From the NCBI GenBank assembly GCA_048885865.1, contig JBHLLF010000004.1, positions 1 to 64,000 of the forward strand: a stretch of 64,000 nt of DNA, written 5' to 3'. Positions 38,822 to 48,380 of the stretch are shown here, piece after piece; the first letter of the stretch is position 1; each line of letters opens with the position of its first letter. The position numbers and the translations under genes were made by a program. Under the pieces are notes generated by a model. The model searched no databases and was not told the DNA's origin. It saw only the letters and a program-made list of their open reading frames with translations. This DNA is from Candidatus Hermodarchaeota archaeon. GTDB taxonomy: Archaea; Asgardarchaeota; Thorarchaeia; Thorarchaeales; Thorarchaeaceae.

Positions 38822-39453
38822 TTACTCCGTTTCATCAAGGAAGGGAAAAATCGACCAGTCCGTGACATATAGTCTTTGTATTGGTCTCCGAAGTGCTGAA
38901 TCAGATGCTTTTCTTCTACCAATGAAACTAGGTAGTAGCCTGGGTAGCCTAGAAGCAGCAGAAGGGTGACCATTGACGGTAACATCAAGATTAGGCCAGC
39001 GAAGCTCATGAAATATGACGTATAAGATGGGTGCCGTATTTTGGAGTATGGGCCAGCTTCCACCAAATTGTGGCTAGTACTCATGGCCCAGGAAGAAGCC
39101 ATCTCTTGGCGAACATAGCGGGACCACCCATGTAGGATAATTCCGAAGGCAAGGAGAATAAACCCTAGAACCCAAACAGACACGGGAGGATCGATGAGAG
39201 GGATGAGAAACAGAACAAGCTCACTTCCAGTCCCAAAGTACCATGCTAGGGGAATTAGAAGGGTCAATACAAAAGCAAGAAGTGTTGAAACTGTAGCCGC
39301 GCCCAATGCTGATGTGGAGATATTGGAACGGGGTTCTCTGAATATCCGCTCCTTAGTAGTCCTTGACTTCTTCACGTCAAGATACAGATGCAGTGCAACA
39401 TCCATTGAAGCTAGCAAGCCAACAATTGGACCAGCTAGGAAGAAGTCAAGCAT
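38815..39453 (-). CDS. Isoprenylcysteine carboxyl methyltransferase family membrane protein
   Basis: LV.AGPYSKIRHPSY, EEKHL...FG..Y..Y...TGRFFP. Confidence 0.88.
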   Translation of the reverse strand: MLDFFLAGPIVGLLASMDVALHLYLDVKKSRTTKERIFREPRSNISTSALGAATVSTLLAFVLTLLIPLAWYFGTGSELVLFLIPLIDPPVSVWVLGFILLAFGIILHGWSRYVRQEMASSWAMSTSHNLVEAGPYSKIRHPSYTSYFMSFAGLILMLPSMVTLLLLLGYPGYYLVSLVEEKHLIQHFGDQYKDYMSRTGRFFPSLMKRSNH

Positions 39454-39601
39454 GCGTGGCGAATCTCGATGCAGAGATTTCTATTTTTGGATTGAGTTTG
39501 CTATTGATGCGGATAGTAGTTGAGCCATAGCACATCCTAATCGTCAGATTCAAGAGTAAGTCGATAGTCCGCTGGCACTAAAGAGAATGAGAAATTGCAA
39601 A

Positions 39602-40225
39602 ATGAGTGACCAAGACTTGACAGTTGCAATTCTGGCTGGCGGGAACTCAGCTCGCTTCAAGTCAGAGAAGAGTCTTGCTAAATTCCGAGGTAGACCACTC
39701 ATCGAACACATGGTTGCCATCGCCAAGAAGTTGTCTCCGCGGGTAATGATTGTAGCTTCAAGCGAAGAGAAGGGAGAAGCCCTAGTGAAACATGCTGAGG
39801 GCGTGCCTATAGTCGTTGATCCAGAGGACTCGGTCAGATGCGCACTCACCGGAGCCATCACGGCCTTCGAGTACACTGAAACGGAATATACACAATTACT
39901 GCCAGTTGATACGCCACTTGCCAGCGTGGATTTGTTGAAGACCATATATCAGCTCCGAAATAGTCATGGTGCAGTGGTCCCATCTTGGCCTTCAGGCTAT
40001 ATTGAGCCCCTTCATTCAGTATATCTCGCGGAGCATGCGTATGCCGCAGGGATTGAAACAGCGGATAGGAAAAGGTATCGAATGAGAGATTTGTTGGACA
40101 GACTGAGGAATGTGCTGTACGTTTCGACTCTCGTACTGTCTGAATTTGACTCAGATCTAGCGACATTCTCCAATGCGAATACTGAGAAAGAGTTGAGAGA
40201 CCTTGAGAGGGTGCAGCGTGGCTAG
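39602..40225 (+). CDS. mobA: Molybdenum cofactor guanylyltransferase
   Basis: ILAGG.S.RF..EK, D.P, EPLHSVY, N.NT..EL. Confidence 0.9.
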   Translation: MSDQDLTVAILAGGNSARFKSEKSLAKFRGRPLIEHMVAIAKKLSPRVMIVASSEEKGEALVKHAEGVPIVVDPEDSVRCALTGAITAFEYTETEYTQLLPVDTPLASVDLLKTIYQLRNSHGAVVPSWPSGYIEPLHSVYLAEHAYAAGIETADRKRYRMRDLLDRLRNVLYVSTLVLSEFDSDLATFSNANTEKELRDLERVQRG

Positions 40226-41355
40226 AATTCCTGATGCTCATGCCTGATTCTGCATGTCCCTTCATGACCCACCATGCACGGACCATATGGATTCTCAGGA
40301 ACACATCTATTGCCGAAGAGAGAACAATCGGATGGATTGGTGATGCCGAGGATGACCTCATGGCATTTGCAGCCGGGGAGAATATCTATCGATTCGATTG
40401 GAGGGAGGTCAAACTTCAGACGGGCATCATATCTATTGAACTGCTCTCGAAGGAAGTACCCTGAGTTCCTAATAGAACCTAGCCCTCTCCATGGAGCGTC
40501 TCCAAGTCGGAACACTCTCTCGAGAACATCTTGTGCCGCAGTGTTTCCCTCAGGCCGTACAACTCTAGTATACTCATTTTCTGATTCAGCACGGCCCTCC
40601 TTTATCTGCAATAGAATCATTCTGATTGATTCAAGTACATCAAGGGGCTCAAATCCAGCAGCCACACATGGAACTCGGTGTTTCTTTGCCAAAGGCTGGT
40701 ACGAGTTGGTGCCGATAACCGCACTGACATGGCCGGGTGTTATGAAGCCATCTACATTAAATCCTTCAATATTGACAAGAACCTCCATAGCAGGAGGTAT
40801 AACCTTCAGTGATGTAAGGAGCGAAAAGTTGCTCGGTGGTTTCTTCAATATCTCTACTGCCATGGTAGGGGCGGTAGTTTCAAAGCCTACTCCCATAAAG
40901 ACGATCTCACGATCTGGATTCCTTTTAGCGATGTCCACCGCTTCATTGACCCCGTACACAATCCGAATATCGGCGCCCTCTGCACGCTCTTTGATGAGTG
41001 ATGATGATGTGGAAGGAACACGTATCATGTCGCCAAATGTTGCGATTATGTGTCCCCTTCGGGAAAGCTCAATTGCGAAGTCGACATCCTCGGCGGCACA
41101 TACGCAAACAGGGCAACCAGGACCTGCAACAAGAGAGATACTACTTGGAAGAAGTGATCTAAGCCCATGACGACTTATTGTATCCTCATGCGTTCCACAG
41201 ACATGAACTATTCGAGTTGCTCTATCGGCGTTGAGATTCTCGATTTCACTAACCAGAGTCTTCGCATGTCGTGCATCTCTGAATTTAGTGTGCTCATACA
41301 TGAACTCATCAAAGACATAGGACATGTGCGTCCATAAAAGAGAGCTTGTATGCAT
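40222..41355 (-). CDS. hypD: Hydrogenase maturation protein HypD
   Basis: HVCGTH, GPGCPVC, GFETTAP, PGHVS, GFEPLD, P.GPCMV..EG.C. Confidence 0.96.
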   Translation of the reverse strand: MHTSSLLWTHMSYVFDEFMYEHTKFRDARHAKTLVSEIENLNADRATRIVHVCGTHEDTISRHGLRSLLPSSISLVAGPGCPVCVCAAEDVDFAIELSRRGHIIATFGDMIRVPSTSSSLIKERAEGADIRIVYGVNEAVDIAKRNPDREIVFMGVGFETTAPTMAVEILKKPPSNFSLLTSLKVIPPAMEVLVNIEGFNVDGFITPGHVSAVIGTNSYQPLAKKHRVPCVAAGFEPLDVLESIRMILLQIKEGRAESENEYTRVVRPEGNTAAQDVLERVFRLGDAPWRGLGSIRNSGYFLREQFNRYDARLKFDLPPIESIDILPGCKCHEVILGITNPSDCSLFGNRCVPENPYGPCMVGHEGTCRIRHEHQEF

Positions 41356-41370
41356 CTAGGAAAGACAATT

Positions 41371-41682
41371 TTAGGACTCTGACTTCACATCGTCAAGAAT
41401 CACTATAGACTCTCCAAGGGTTATTGATAGTCTGGCTGCAAGCTCCTTCGGACTAATGTCTGGTTGCTGGCTCAGAATATGCTCTCTGGTATGGCCTGCA
41501 AGATTTGCATATCGAGGATTCTTTTGAGCGGTTTCCACTAATAAGTCCCAGAGCGGATGTGTTTTGAAGTCAGTGATGTTGATTTCAATGTGGCGAGTTG
41601 ACCGTCTCTTGCGTCTAGGAGGCGATTTTGGAGAGTCAGCTTCTTTGTCCAGAGTATGGCTTGTCAATTTGTCTTGCTTCAA
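41371..41682 (-). CDS. Hypothetical protein with C-terminal HTH-like segment
   Basis: PDISPKELAARLSITLGE. Confidence 0.55.
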   Translation of the reverse strand: MKQDKLTSHTLDKEADSPKSPPRRKRRSTRHIEINITDFKTHPLWDLLVETAQKNPRYANLAGHTREHILSQQPDISPKELAARLSITLGESIVILDDVKSES

Positions 41683-41920
41683 GTCCGCTTCCCTTACCTA
41701 TTCCCGGCAGGAGGTCTCAGGCAGAGGCCCCTAGCTAAGGAGGCTTGACTGCGATATAAGCATTCGGACGTTAATCATGACTGAGTAACTATCAGCGCGT
41801 ATCTTAGAGAAAATCATGCAAGATTGGAATGAAAAGGGTGAGAATGCTCTGTAGTAAGGTTTAACTATGACTTACCGAGGAGTGGGCCAAGAAACTCGGC
41901 ATAAAAACCGACTTCGGGGT

Positions 41921-42226
41921 ATGAGTTTATTGCCTCAAGGCATTAGAAGAATAGTTCTCGACGTATTGAAGCCTCACACACCTAGGCTCACTGATCTTGC
42001 GTTGATGCTCTCAAGAGATGAGCAGGTCAACGGATTAAACATCTCTCTGAAGGAAGTTGATCAAAACACAGAGAGCATAACAATAACTCTTGAGGGTGAT
42101 AACCTGCAATATGAGTCAATCAAGGAGATTCTAGAGCAGGCAGGTGCAGTCATTCACTCTATAGATCAAGTAGTAGCTGGAAAGCGATTCGTGGAAGAAG
42201 TCACACTGCAGCCTGAAAACACATGA
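41921..42226 (+). CDS. DUF211 family protein
   Basis: IRRIVLDVLKPH.P, G..IHSIDQVVAG. Confidence 0.92.
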   Translation: MSLLPQGIRRIVLDVLKPHTPRLTDLALMLSRDEQVNGLNISLKEVDQNTESITITLEGDNLQYESIKEILEQAGAVIHSIDQVVAGKRFVEEVTLQPENT

Positions 42227-42238
42227 TTAGGGTTTGCA

Positions 42239-42853
42239 TCAGCGGCTCTCTAGCTGTCCCAGTAGACGCTTACTCTCTTCCTCAATCTTTCGTTGTACCA
42301 GACGATGGAGTTCATGTTCAAATGCAGATGGGACTATTCTGACAACACTGCATAGACGATCAACTATCTTGTCTGCCAGTGCTGTCGGTGATACAACTCC
42401 TCCTTTAACAATGCTCTTCACGACTTCTTCACCAACACCAGAACGGACAATCGAGTCCACAACACTAGCTATTGTTCCCTCTGGATCAAAGAAGTATGGA
42501 TTGCGATTGCTGTCATGGAGAGTTATGAAATCTAGCTTCTCTATGATGCTCTCAGTATACCACTCAAGACTTGATTCCTTAATTCTGATTTTATTTGCAA
42601 AATCACCCTTTGTCAGTGGATTGGGATGACTCCACGGGTGCCTTGTAACAACAAAAAGAGAGGCGGCAAAGAAAGGGTCGACCTCTCTAGGCAGACCTTC
42701 ATGGGATATATATCGTCGAATGAGATCCAACGCCATGTTCTCGTATCGCTCATCGATGTTGTTTTCCCTGAAAAACTCATGAGCGTCCCGAACCACATTG
42801 ACTACCACCTGTGGACTAACTACCATCTTCTTCTCGAAATGGGACACTTGCAT
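42239..42853 (-). CDS. Hypothetical protein with a single TFB/cyclin-like repeat
   Basis: DPFFAASLFVV...T..DFA....IKESSL..Y...I...L parallels the TFB C-terminal repeat; GGAG SD before ATG 42853. Confidence 0.5.
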   Translation of the reverse strand: MQVSHFEKKMVVSPQVVVNVVRDAHEFFRENNIDERYENMALDLIRRYISHEGLPREVDPFFAASLFVVTRHPWSHPNPLTKGDFANKIRIKESSLEWYTESIIEKLDFITLHDSNRNPYFFDPEGTIASVVDSIVRSGVGEEVVKSIVKGGVVSPTALADKIVDRLCSVVRIVPSAFEHELHRLVQRKIEEESKRLLGQLESR

Positions 42854-42950
42854 CAGCTCTCCTTCGCGAACGGGAATGGCGATTCCTCTCAATCTAGGCC
42901 AACATTAATACTTTTGCACTGGAAGACAAGGTAAGTGCTTGTTGGCGCCT

Positions 42951-43529
42951 TCATCGAGCCCGATATATCTTCTCAAGAGCCCATCGAAGAGTGTTCTGAA
43001 TCTCGTTCAATCTGTTACCTTCTGCATAGTTACGGATAACGATCTGTTGTAGAACTCCATCATCGGCTTGCACTTCGAAATCAAATGCTTGTTCCCATTC
43101 AATCTCACCATTTTCAACTCGATGGCGATCCTCCTGCTGGAACTGACCGAGAATCCTTTCAACAAAGAATCGTGCAAAGGCGCCTCTTTTGATGTCATAG
43201 ATGGCATGAGAGGCAGGGATGATTGTGAGGCTCTGTGGCTCCAATTCAATTGTAGCTAACTCTAGATCACCAGGTTTGTTCATTACCTGTATAGTTCGGG
43301 GCTCATCAGGTGTGAGGGCCGCTCTATCCTCTGCTTCACTCCTCAATGCGTCGGCAGTTGCTGCAGCTCCAATCGCAGCATCTGCGGTGACAAAGCTGCT
43401 GACGCCAATGACCGAGTCAAGAGCTTGAATGTACGACTCAAGTTGGTCAGCCTTTTCTCTGAGTTCATTCAGTTGCTCTTCCAGCTCCTTTCTCAACTCG
43501 AGAAGGACACGAATCTCTGGATTCTCCAA
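42951..43529 (-). CDS. Archaeal hypothetical protein with N-terminal coiled coil
   Basis: Heptads LLELRKELEEQLNEL; FFVERIL; IRNY...RL......RWALEK. Confidence 0.7.
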   Translation of the reverse strand: MENPEIRVLLELRKELEEQLNELREKADQLESYIQALDSVIGVSSFVTADAAIGAAATADALRSEAEDRAALTPDEPRTIQVMNKPGDLELATIELEPQSLTIIPASHAIYDIKRGAFARFFVERILGQFQQEDRHRVENGEIEWEQAFDFEVQADDGVLQQIVIRNYAEGNRLNEIQNTLRWALEKIYRAR

Positions 43530-43589
43530 TTGCCAACCTCACTATTGTGTTCAAGGACTCACAATCTATGGCGTCAGGTCCATTTTAGT

Positions 43590-43826
43590 TCATGTATTAT
43601 TTGATTGATCATCGCTGACCACGGCTATCGCAAAGTCAGGACATTCCATCTCACAGATTCTGCACACTTTGCATGCAGCTAGATCAGCCACAATTGGCAG
43701 AAAGAACCCACGATTGTCCACCTCATCTGCCTTCTCAAGAACTGCGTGTGGACAAACGGAGATACAGATATGGCATCCTTTGCACATCTTGCTGTCAATG
43801 ACTATCTTTTGTGCTTTTTTTGCCAT
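43590..43826 (-). CDS. 2x[4Fe-4S] ferredoxin (2-oxoacid oxidoreductase delta-like)
   Basis: CKGCHICISVCP; CKVCRICEMECPDFAI. Confidence 0.92.
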   Translation of the reverse strand: MAKKAQKIVIDSKMCKGCHICISVCPHAVLEKADEVDNRGFFLPIVADLAACKVCRICEMECPDFAIAVVSDDQSNNT

Positions 43827-43945
43827 AGAGGGGGGTCTCCAAGTTTCGTTCAATCTGAAGCCTGATATAACCATATTCATGCAGTCTATGAGAGTCGGGA
43901 TTAAATAGCAAGGTAGCTGACAGTCTAACGGAGGCGCCGACAGTA

Positions 43946-44659
43946 ATGCTGAAGCCATTTCTAGTTTTCAGGTGTTCGAAGTGCAGGAATTTCACTAATG
44001 CACCTGCAGGTCAGAAGAAACGTCGCTGCAGCTATTGCGGACATATAATCGACATCTCGAAAGCAGCGTGTGCCTTGTTCGATACTCCAGAAAAAGCGTC
44101 AACTGCTGTGAAGAAATTCAATGCTTCAAGGGGTGGTGACTCTTTTCTGAAGGCTGTTGAAGCAAGCAAAGAGAGAGTAAGAGGTCTTCTTCCTCCTGAG
44201 AAACTCAGCATGAAGGACGTGATTGACAAGTCAGAGGAGGAAATACCATCTGGTAAGTCGAAGAGATTGCTAGAACTCCTAAAGAGAGAGGCTAGTGATA
44301 GTGCGTGCTCGCTAGACACAATAGCTGAACTCTGCCCCGATTATCAGTTGGACTGGTTGTGGGTAGAAGACCAGCTCAATAAGCTGTCAAATCAAGGCAC
44401 CTTGATATTTCCAAGACCTTGGACTGTTCAGTTGGTCGGTGTTCCGTCAAAGGAGAAAACCAAGCCCTCCTTAGTGGATGTGACAAAAGAGATTGTGGAT
44501 TGGATTCAAAGGAAGGGCGGAGAAACTGAATTAGATGATGTTGTGGAGCATTTTGAAGAACTTGGAATCCCCAAGGAATCAGTTGAGGCTTCACTTGATC
44601 GTCTGATGAATCAGGGTGTGATTTACCTGCCGAAAGCAGGACTCATAGGGTTGGTGTAA
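43946..44659 (+). CDS. Zn-ribbon (DUF1922-like) plus tandem wHTH protein
   Basis: CSKC...CSYCG; two L...G.I..P. wHTH-type ends. Confidence 0.65.
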   Translation: MLKPFLVFRCSKCRNFTNAPAGQKKRRCSYCGHIIDISKAACALFDTPEKASTAVKKFNASRGGDSFLKAVEASKERVRGLLPPEKLSMKDVIDKSEEEIPSGKSKRLLELLKREASDSACSLDTIAELCPDYQLDWLWVEDQLNKLSNQGTLIFPRPWTVQLVGVPSKEKTKPSLVDVTKEIVDWIQRKGGETELDDVVEHFEELGIPKESVEASLDRLMNQGVIYLPKAGLIGLV

Positions 44660-44670
44660 AGGGCGATTCA

Positions 44671-45096
44671 TTGAATAGCGTTGAATTCATCTGGAATGTG
44701 AGGAGAATGCCTGTTGTAGAGATAGTAGCAAAGAAGGCGTTACAGAATAACCCAGATCTCGACCTTGAAGTTGTTGATCTCATTGTCCTTCTCTGGCTAT
44801 TCTCCAATCCCTATGACAGCAAAAGAAGACAGCTCAGCAGTATGCGAACCGTACTAAAGATGTGTGAAACGTTTCAGACACCTGGGAAAGGCATTGTCCT
44901 AACGGATTCAGAACTCACTCAAATTGTCCTCGCAAGCCTTCAGAAATTGAGGGCGAGGAATCTCGTATATGTGAGGTCAGCTGGAATACATTATATTAAG
45001 GCGACAATGACTGAGAAAGGAATCGACCTTGTTAAGAGCTCGATAAATACGCCGGTTCTAAGGCGCGTCACTGCCGAGTTTGGTGATAATCCTTAG
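44671..45096 (+). CDS. Hypothetical wHTH-like protein
   Basis: LQKLRARNLV....MTEKG. Confidence 0.6.
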   Translation: MNSVEFIWNVRRMPVVEIVAKKALQNNPDLDLEVVDLIVLLWLFSNPYDSKRRQLSSMRTVLKMCETFQTPGKGIVLTDSELTQIVLASLQKLRARNLVYVRSAGIHYIKATMTEKGIDLVKSSINTPVLRRVTAEFGDNP

Positions 45097-45122
45097 CAAA
45101 AGAATTGCCTCGTTTCGCAACG

Positions 45123-45333
45123 TTTAAATGCAGACTTCACCCGGCGAACGCCAGTCGCTCTTAGGACGACTGTTTCAGAGCCGATGGATTCAGTGCAGGC
45201 CTCTAGTTCTGCGCGCAGAGTTAGCCTGCAGACGTGTGCCGGTTGGTTCTGGAGTGGTAGTTGAGCGTGTGACATCTTAGCACCTTGAACCAAAGCAGGC
45301 TAAGAGTAGTTAGAGCACTGGAAGTGAGCCGAT
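45123..45333 (+). promoter_or_regulatory. TATA box (TTTAAATG) and ~180-nt structured 5' leader of the ribosomal operon
   Basis: Four stems, several G-U pairs favouring the + strand. Confidence 0.6.
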
Positions 45334-45798
45334 ATGCCAACATATGGATACTCGATCATAGGCATTGATCCGGATAGGACCGCAGTGGCGAGTGGAAGAA
45401 ACATAAGATGTTCTCCAAAGCAAAGCAGAGAAGTCTGCAATGCCATCAGAGGCATGATGCTAGATAGAGCCATCGACCTATTAGAAAGAGTAGGCGAGGA
45501 GAAAGAATGGATTCCTTATAGACGCCACAAGAAGAAACGGGGACACCACTCTGGGATGAAGAAGTGGGGCCCAGGTGGTCATCCGGTAAAGGCATCTGAG
45601 AACATCCTGAGAGTTTTGAAGAATGCGGAAGCGAATGCTGATGCAAAGGGATTGGACATTGACAGACTCAGGATAGCCCATGCAGCTGCGCATAGAGGCC
45701 GCACTTACAAGAAGTACATTGAGAGGGCGTTTGGGCGAAGCACCCCATATTTCGAAAACACTACACACATTGAGATTGTATTGGAGGAAGTAGCATAA
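45334..45798 (+). CDS. rpl22: Ribosomal protein uL22
   Basis: SPK.SREVC.AIRGM, NAEANA..KGLD, RA.GR, HIEIVL. Confidence 0.97.
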   Translation: MPTYGYSIIGIDPDRTAVASGRNIRCSPKQSREVCNAIRGMMLDRAIDLLERVGEEKEWIPYRRHKKKRGHHSGMKKWGPGGHPVKASENILRVLKNAEANADAKGLDIDRLRIAHAAAHRGRTYKKYIERAFGRSTPYFENTTHIEIVLEEVA

Positions 45799-46700
45799 TG
45801 TCCGCAGTCAAATACTTCATCGACCAGAACTCTCGCAGGCTAAAAGTTGACGAGTTCTTAGCGAGAGAACTAAACTCCGCTGGATATGGTGGTGTTGAGA
45901 TTAGAAAAATGCCCATGAGGACAGAAGTTGTCATTCATGCTTCTCGACCTGGTGTTGTTATTGGTCGCCGCGGCTCCAAGATTAGAGAGCTGACAGAGAT
46001 TTTGGAAACCGAGTTTGGAATAGAGAATGTCCAAGTAGAAGTCAGTGAAATTGAGAACCCCTGGCTCAATGCACAGGTCATGGCATCAAGGTTGGCACGA
46101 CAGCTTGAACGCGGTGTTCGATTTAGAAGAATGGCATATTGGATTCTCAGACGAGTCATGCGCGCAGGTGCTCTAGGATGCGAGATTATAGTAAAGGGCA
46201 AGCTCTCCAGCAGGAGAGCAAGGTACCAGAAGTTCAAACAAGCCACGGTTGCAAAAACGGGTGAACCAGCTGACACATGGGTGGACGAGGCTGATGACAC
46301 GGCTATTCTGAAGCCGGGTGCAATAGGCATCAAAGTTAGAATCATGCGCCCAGAGGCCAGACTGCCTGGTGTAATCAGTGTAAAGACACCCAAAGCAAGA
46401 AAAGTTGTCGAGCCTGAGGTTGTCAAAAGAGCCGAGGAGGAGGACTTAGAGGTTGTAGATGTCGAGGAAGGGCTTGAGGGAATCACCGACATCGAAGAAC
46501 TAAGAGAACTTGAGGAACTGGACGGCTTGGAGCTAGTAGAGGAACCAGTCAAGATCGAGGATGAGCCTGAACCGGAACCCTCTAGCACTGATGCTGATAA
46601 AAAGACTCCTGAGGCTGAAGAAGCACCTACTCCAGAGGCAACAGAGGAGTCGTTGAAAGAGCTTGAAGAGCTTGATGATTTGGAAGAGGTGGGTGAATAG
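45798..46700 (+). CDS. rps3: Ribosomal protein uS3 with long acidic tail
   Basis: AGYGG.EI, RPG.VIGR.G, GA.GCEI...GKL, KPG.IGIKVRI. Confidence 0.97.
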   Translation: MSAVKYFIDQNSRRLKVDEFLARELNSAGYGGVEIRKMPMRTEVVIHASRPGVVIGRRGSKIRELTEILETEFGIENVQVEVSEIENPWLNAQVMASRLARQLERGVRFRRMAYWILRRVMRAGALGCEIIVKGKLSSRRARYQKFKQATVAKTGEPADTWVDEADDTAILKPGAIGIKVRIMRPEARLPGVISVKTPKARKVVEPEVVKRAEEEDLEVVDVEEGLEGITDIEELRELEELDGLELVEEPVKIEDEPEPEPSSTDADKKTPEAEEAPTPEATEESLKELEELDDLEEVGE

Positions 46701-46702
46701 AG

Positions 46703-46915
46703 ATGGCTCGTCTTACTGCAAAGGACATCAGAAAGCTGACTCCTCCTGAGCGTCAGAAAAGACTGGAAGAACTCTACAATGAACTCACAGAGATTAGAAT
46801 CCAGATGGCAACGGGCGGAGGAACCGACAATCCCTATAGAATAAGAAACGTCAGACGGGCGATCGCGCGGATACTGACAATCCAGAGTGAAATGGAGCGT
46901 GAGGGACAGGCATGA
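46703..46915 (+). CDS. rpl29: Ribosomal protein uL29
   Basis: NP.RIR..RR.IARILTI. Confidence 0.95.
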   Translation: MARLTAKDIRKLTPPERQKRLEELYNELTEIRIQMATGGGTDNPYRIRNVRRAIARILTIQSEMEREGQA

Positions 46916-47196
46916 AGATTACCCCAGCTAATCTAACCAGACATGAACTCATAGGACTTGAGGCGCATGTAGTACGATCCTCTGATCCAGGACACATCTG
47001 CAGACAGGGGCCCATAGTTGATGAGTCAAGAGAGATGATCCACATCTCCACTGAAAATGGAGAGATTATGGTTCCAAAGATGATTAGTGTGTTTGATTTC
47101 AAATTGCCCAATGGCACGGTCGTTAGAATTGAGGGATACAAGCTGAGAGGCACTCCTGAGAATCGAATAAAGAAGCGCCAGAGGAGGAGATGGTAG
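46912..47196 (+). CDS. rnp1: RNase P protein component 1 (Rpp29/Pop4)
   Basis: HELIGL, G.IVDE, PE.RIK. Confidence 0.93.
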   Translation: MKITPANLTRHELIGLEAHVVRSSDPGHICRQGPIVDESREMIHISTENGEIMVPKMISVFDFKLPNGTVVRIEGYKLRGTPENRIKKRQRRRW

Positions 47197-47197
47197 A

Positions 47198-47557
47198 ATG
47201 CCAGAAGCGAAGATACGCAATATTGGGATACCCAACGTGGAGCCTCCTGAGAAAGTCTGTGAGGACCCGAATTGCCCGTTTCATGGTAACCTAGCTGTTC
47301 GTGGACGAGTCATGGAGGGCACAGTCACCAGCACCAAGATGCACAGGACAATAACGTTTCAGCAGGACTTTCTTAGCCTGATAAAGAAATACTCCAGGTA
47401 CGAGAGAAGAAGAAGCAAGAAGCATGCACATCTTCCGCCTTGTATTGATGCGAGTGTAGGCGACACTGTCAAGGCTGTTGAATGTCGGCCGCTTAGCAAG
47501 ACGGTGACTTGTGTGGTGGTGGCTGCCACACGCCAGGAAACAGACGAGGAGGAATAG
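47198..47557 (+). CDS. rps17: Ribosomal protein uS17
   Basis: C.DPNCPFHG, KY.RYERR, ECRPLSKT. Confidence 0.97.
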   Translation: MPEAKIRNIGIPNVEPPEKVCEDPNCPFHGNLAVRGRVMEGTVTSTKMHRTITFQQDFLSLIKKYSRYERRRSKKHAHLPPCIDASVGDTVKAVECRPLSKTVTCVVVAATRQETDEEE

Positions 47558-47560
47558 ACC

Positions 47561-47983
47561 ATGTCGAGAAAAGTTGGTAGAGGTATCAGGAAATTTACTC
47601 CTAGGATAGCACGAGGTTTGCCTGTCGGAGCTAAAATTCTCTGTACTGATAACTCAGGTGCAAAGGAACTCCAAATCATCACCGTTTTCGGATACAAGGG
47701 AAAGCTCCGGAAGCTTGGAAAAGCAGGCATCGGCGACAAGGTCAATGTTTCTGTGACAAAAGGCAAGCAAGACCTCCGGAAACAAGTGCTTCAAGCGGTA
47801 ATAGTACGGCAGAGAAAGCCGTACCGAAGACCTGATGGTACCTGGATGCAATTCGAAGATAATGCTGCGGTTCTGATCAAGCCGGGCGGTGAGCCACAAG
47901 GCTCTGAGCTTCGAGGACCTATGGCGAGAGAGGTCACACTGAGGTGGCCCCGTGTTTCAGCAATTGCATCCAAGATTGTGTGA
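47561..47983 (+). CDS. rpl14: Ribosomal protein uL14
   Basis: DNSGAK, RQRK.YRR.DG...FEDNA. Confidence 0.97.
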   Translation: MSRKVGRGIRKFTPRIARGLPVGAKILCTDNSGAKELQIITVFGYKGKLRKLGKAGIGDKVNVSVTKGKQDLRKQVLQAVIVRQRKPYRRPDGTWMQFEDNAAVLIKPGGEPQGSELRGPMAREVTLRWPRVSAIASKIV

Positions 47984-47993
47984 GGTGTGTTGA

Positions 47994-48380
47994 ATGACGA
48001 AGAAGATTAGCCCAAAGTCCCCAGGGAAGCAGAGAAGGCGCATCTACAAGTCGCCAATCCACTCACACAAGAAGAGATTGAAGTGTAGACTTGACGAGTT
48101 CCTCAGGGAGGAATACGGTCTAAGGTCACTGGTCGTAAAGAAAGGCGACCTTGTTCGAGTTATGCGTGGCCAGTTTAGAGATACTGAGGGAAAGGTCGTG
48201 AGAGTAGACTATGGTGCGGTTAGAGTCTATCTTGAGAGTGCTACAACGACAAAGGCTGATGGAAAGGAAGCTCAGATTCCTGTACATCCCTCGAATCTTA
48301 TGCTTGTGAAGCTTGAACTCGATGATGACAGGAAGAGAATCATTGACAACAAAGTAGTCAAAACAGCGGAGAGTGATTAG
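47994..48380 (+). CDS. rpl24: Ribosomal protein uL24
   Basis: P.KQRR, KGD.V.VMRG, HPSN. Confidence 0.97.
   Translation: MTKKISPKSPGKQRRRIYKSPIHSHKKRLKCRLDEFLREEYGLRSLVVKKGDLVRVMRGQFRDTEGKVVRVDYGAVRVYLESATTTKADGKEAQIPVHPSNLMLVKLELDDDRKRIIDNKVVKTAESD

Noticed and set aside
40274-41170. 298-aa + strand ORF
   Set aside because: Antisense shadow of hypD; most other short overlapping ORFs in the track are shadows too
41600-41640. PPRRKRR NLS-like motif
   Set aside because: Short basic patches are common; no supporting evidence
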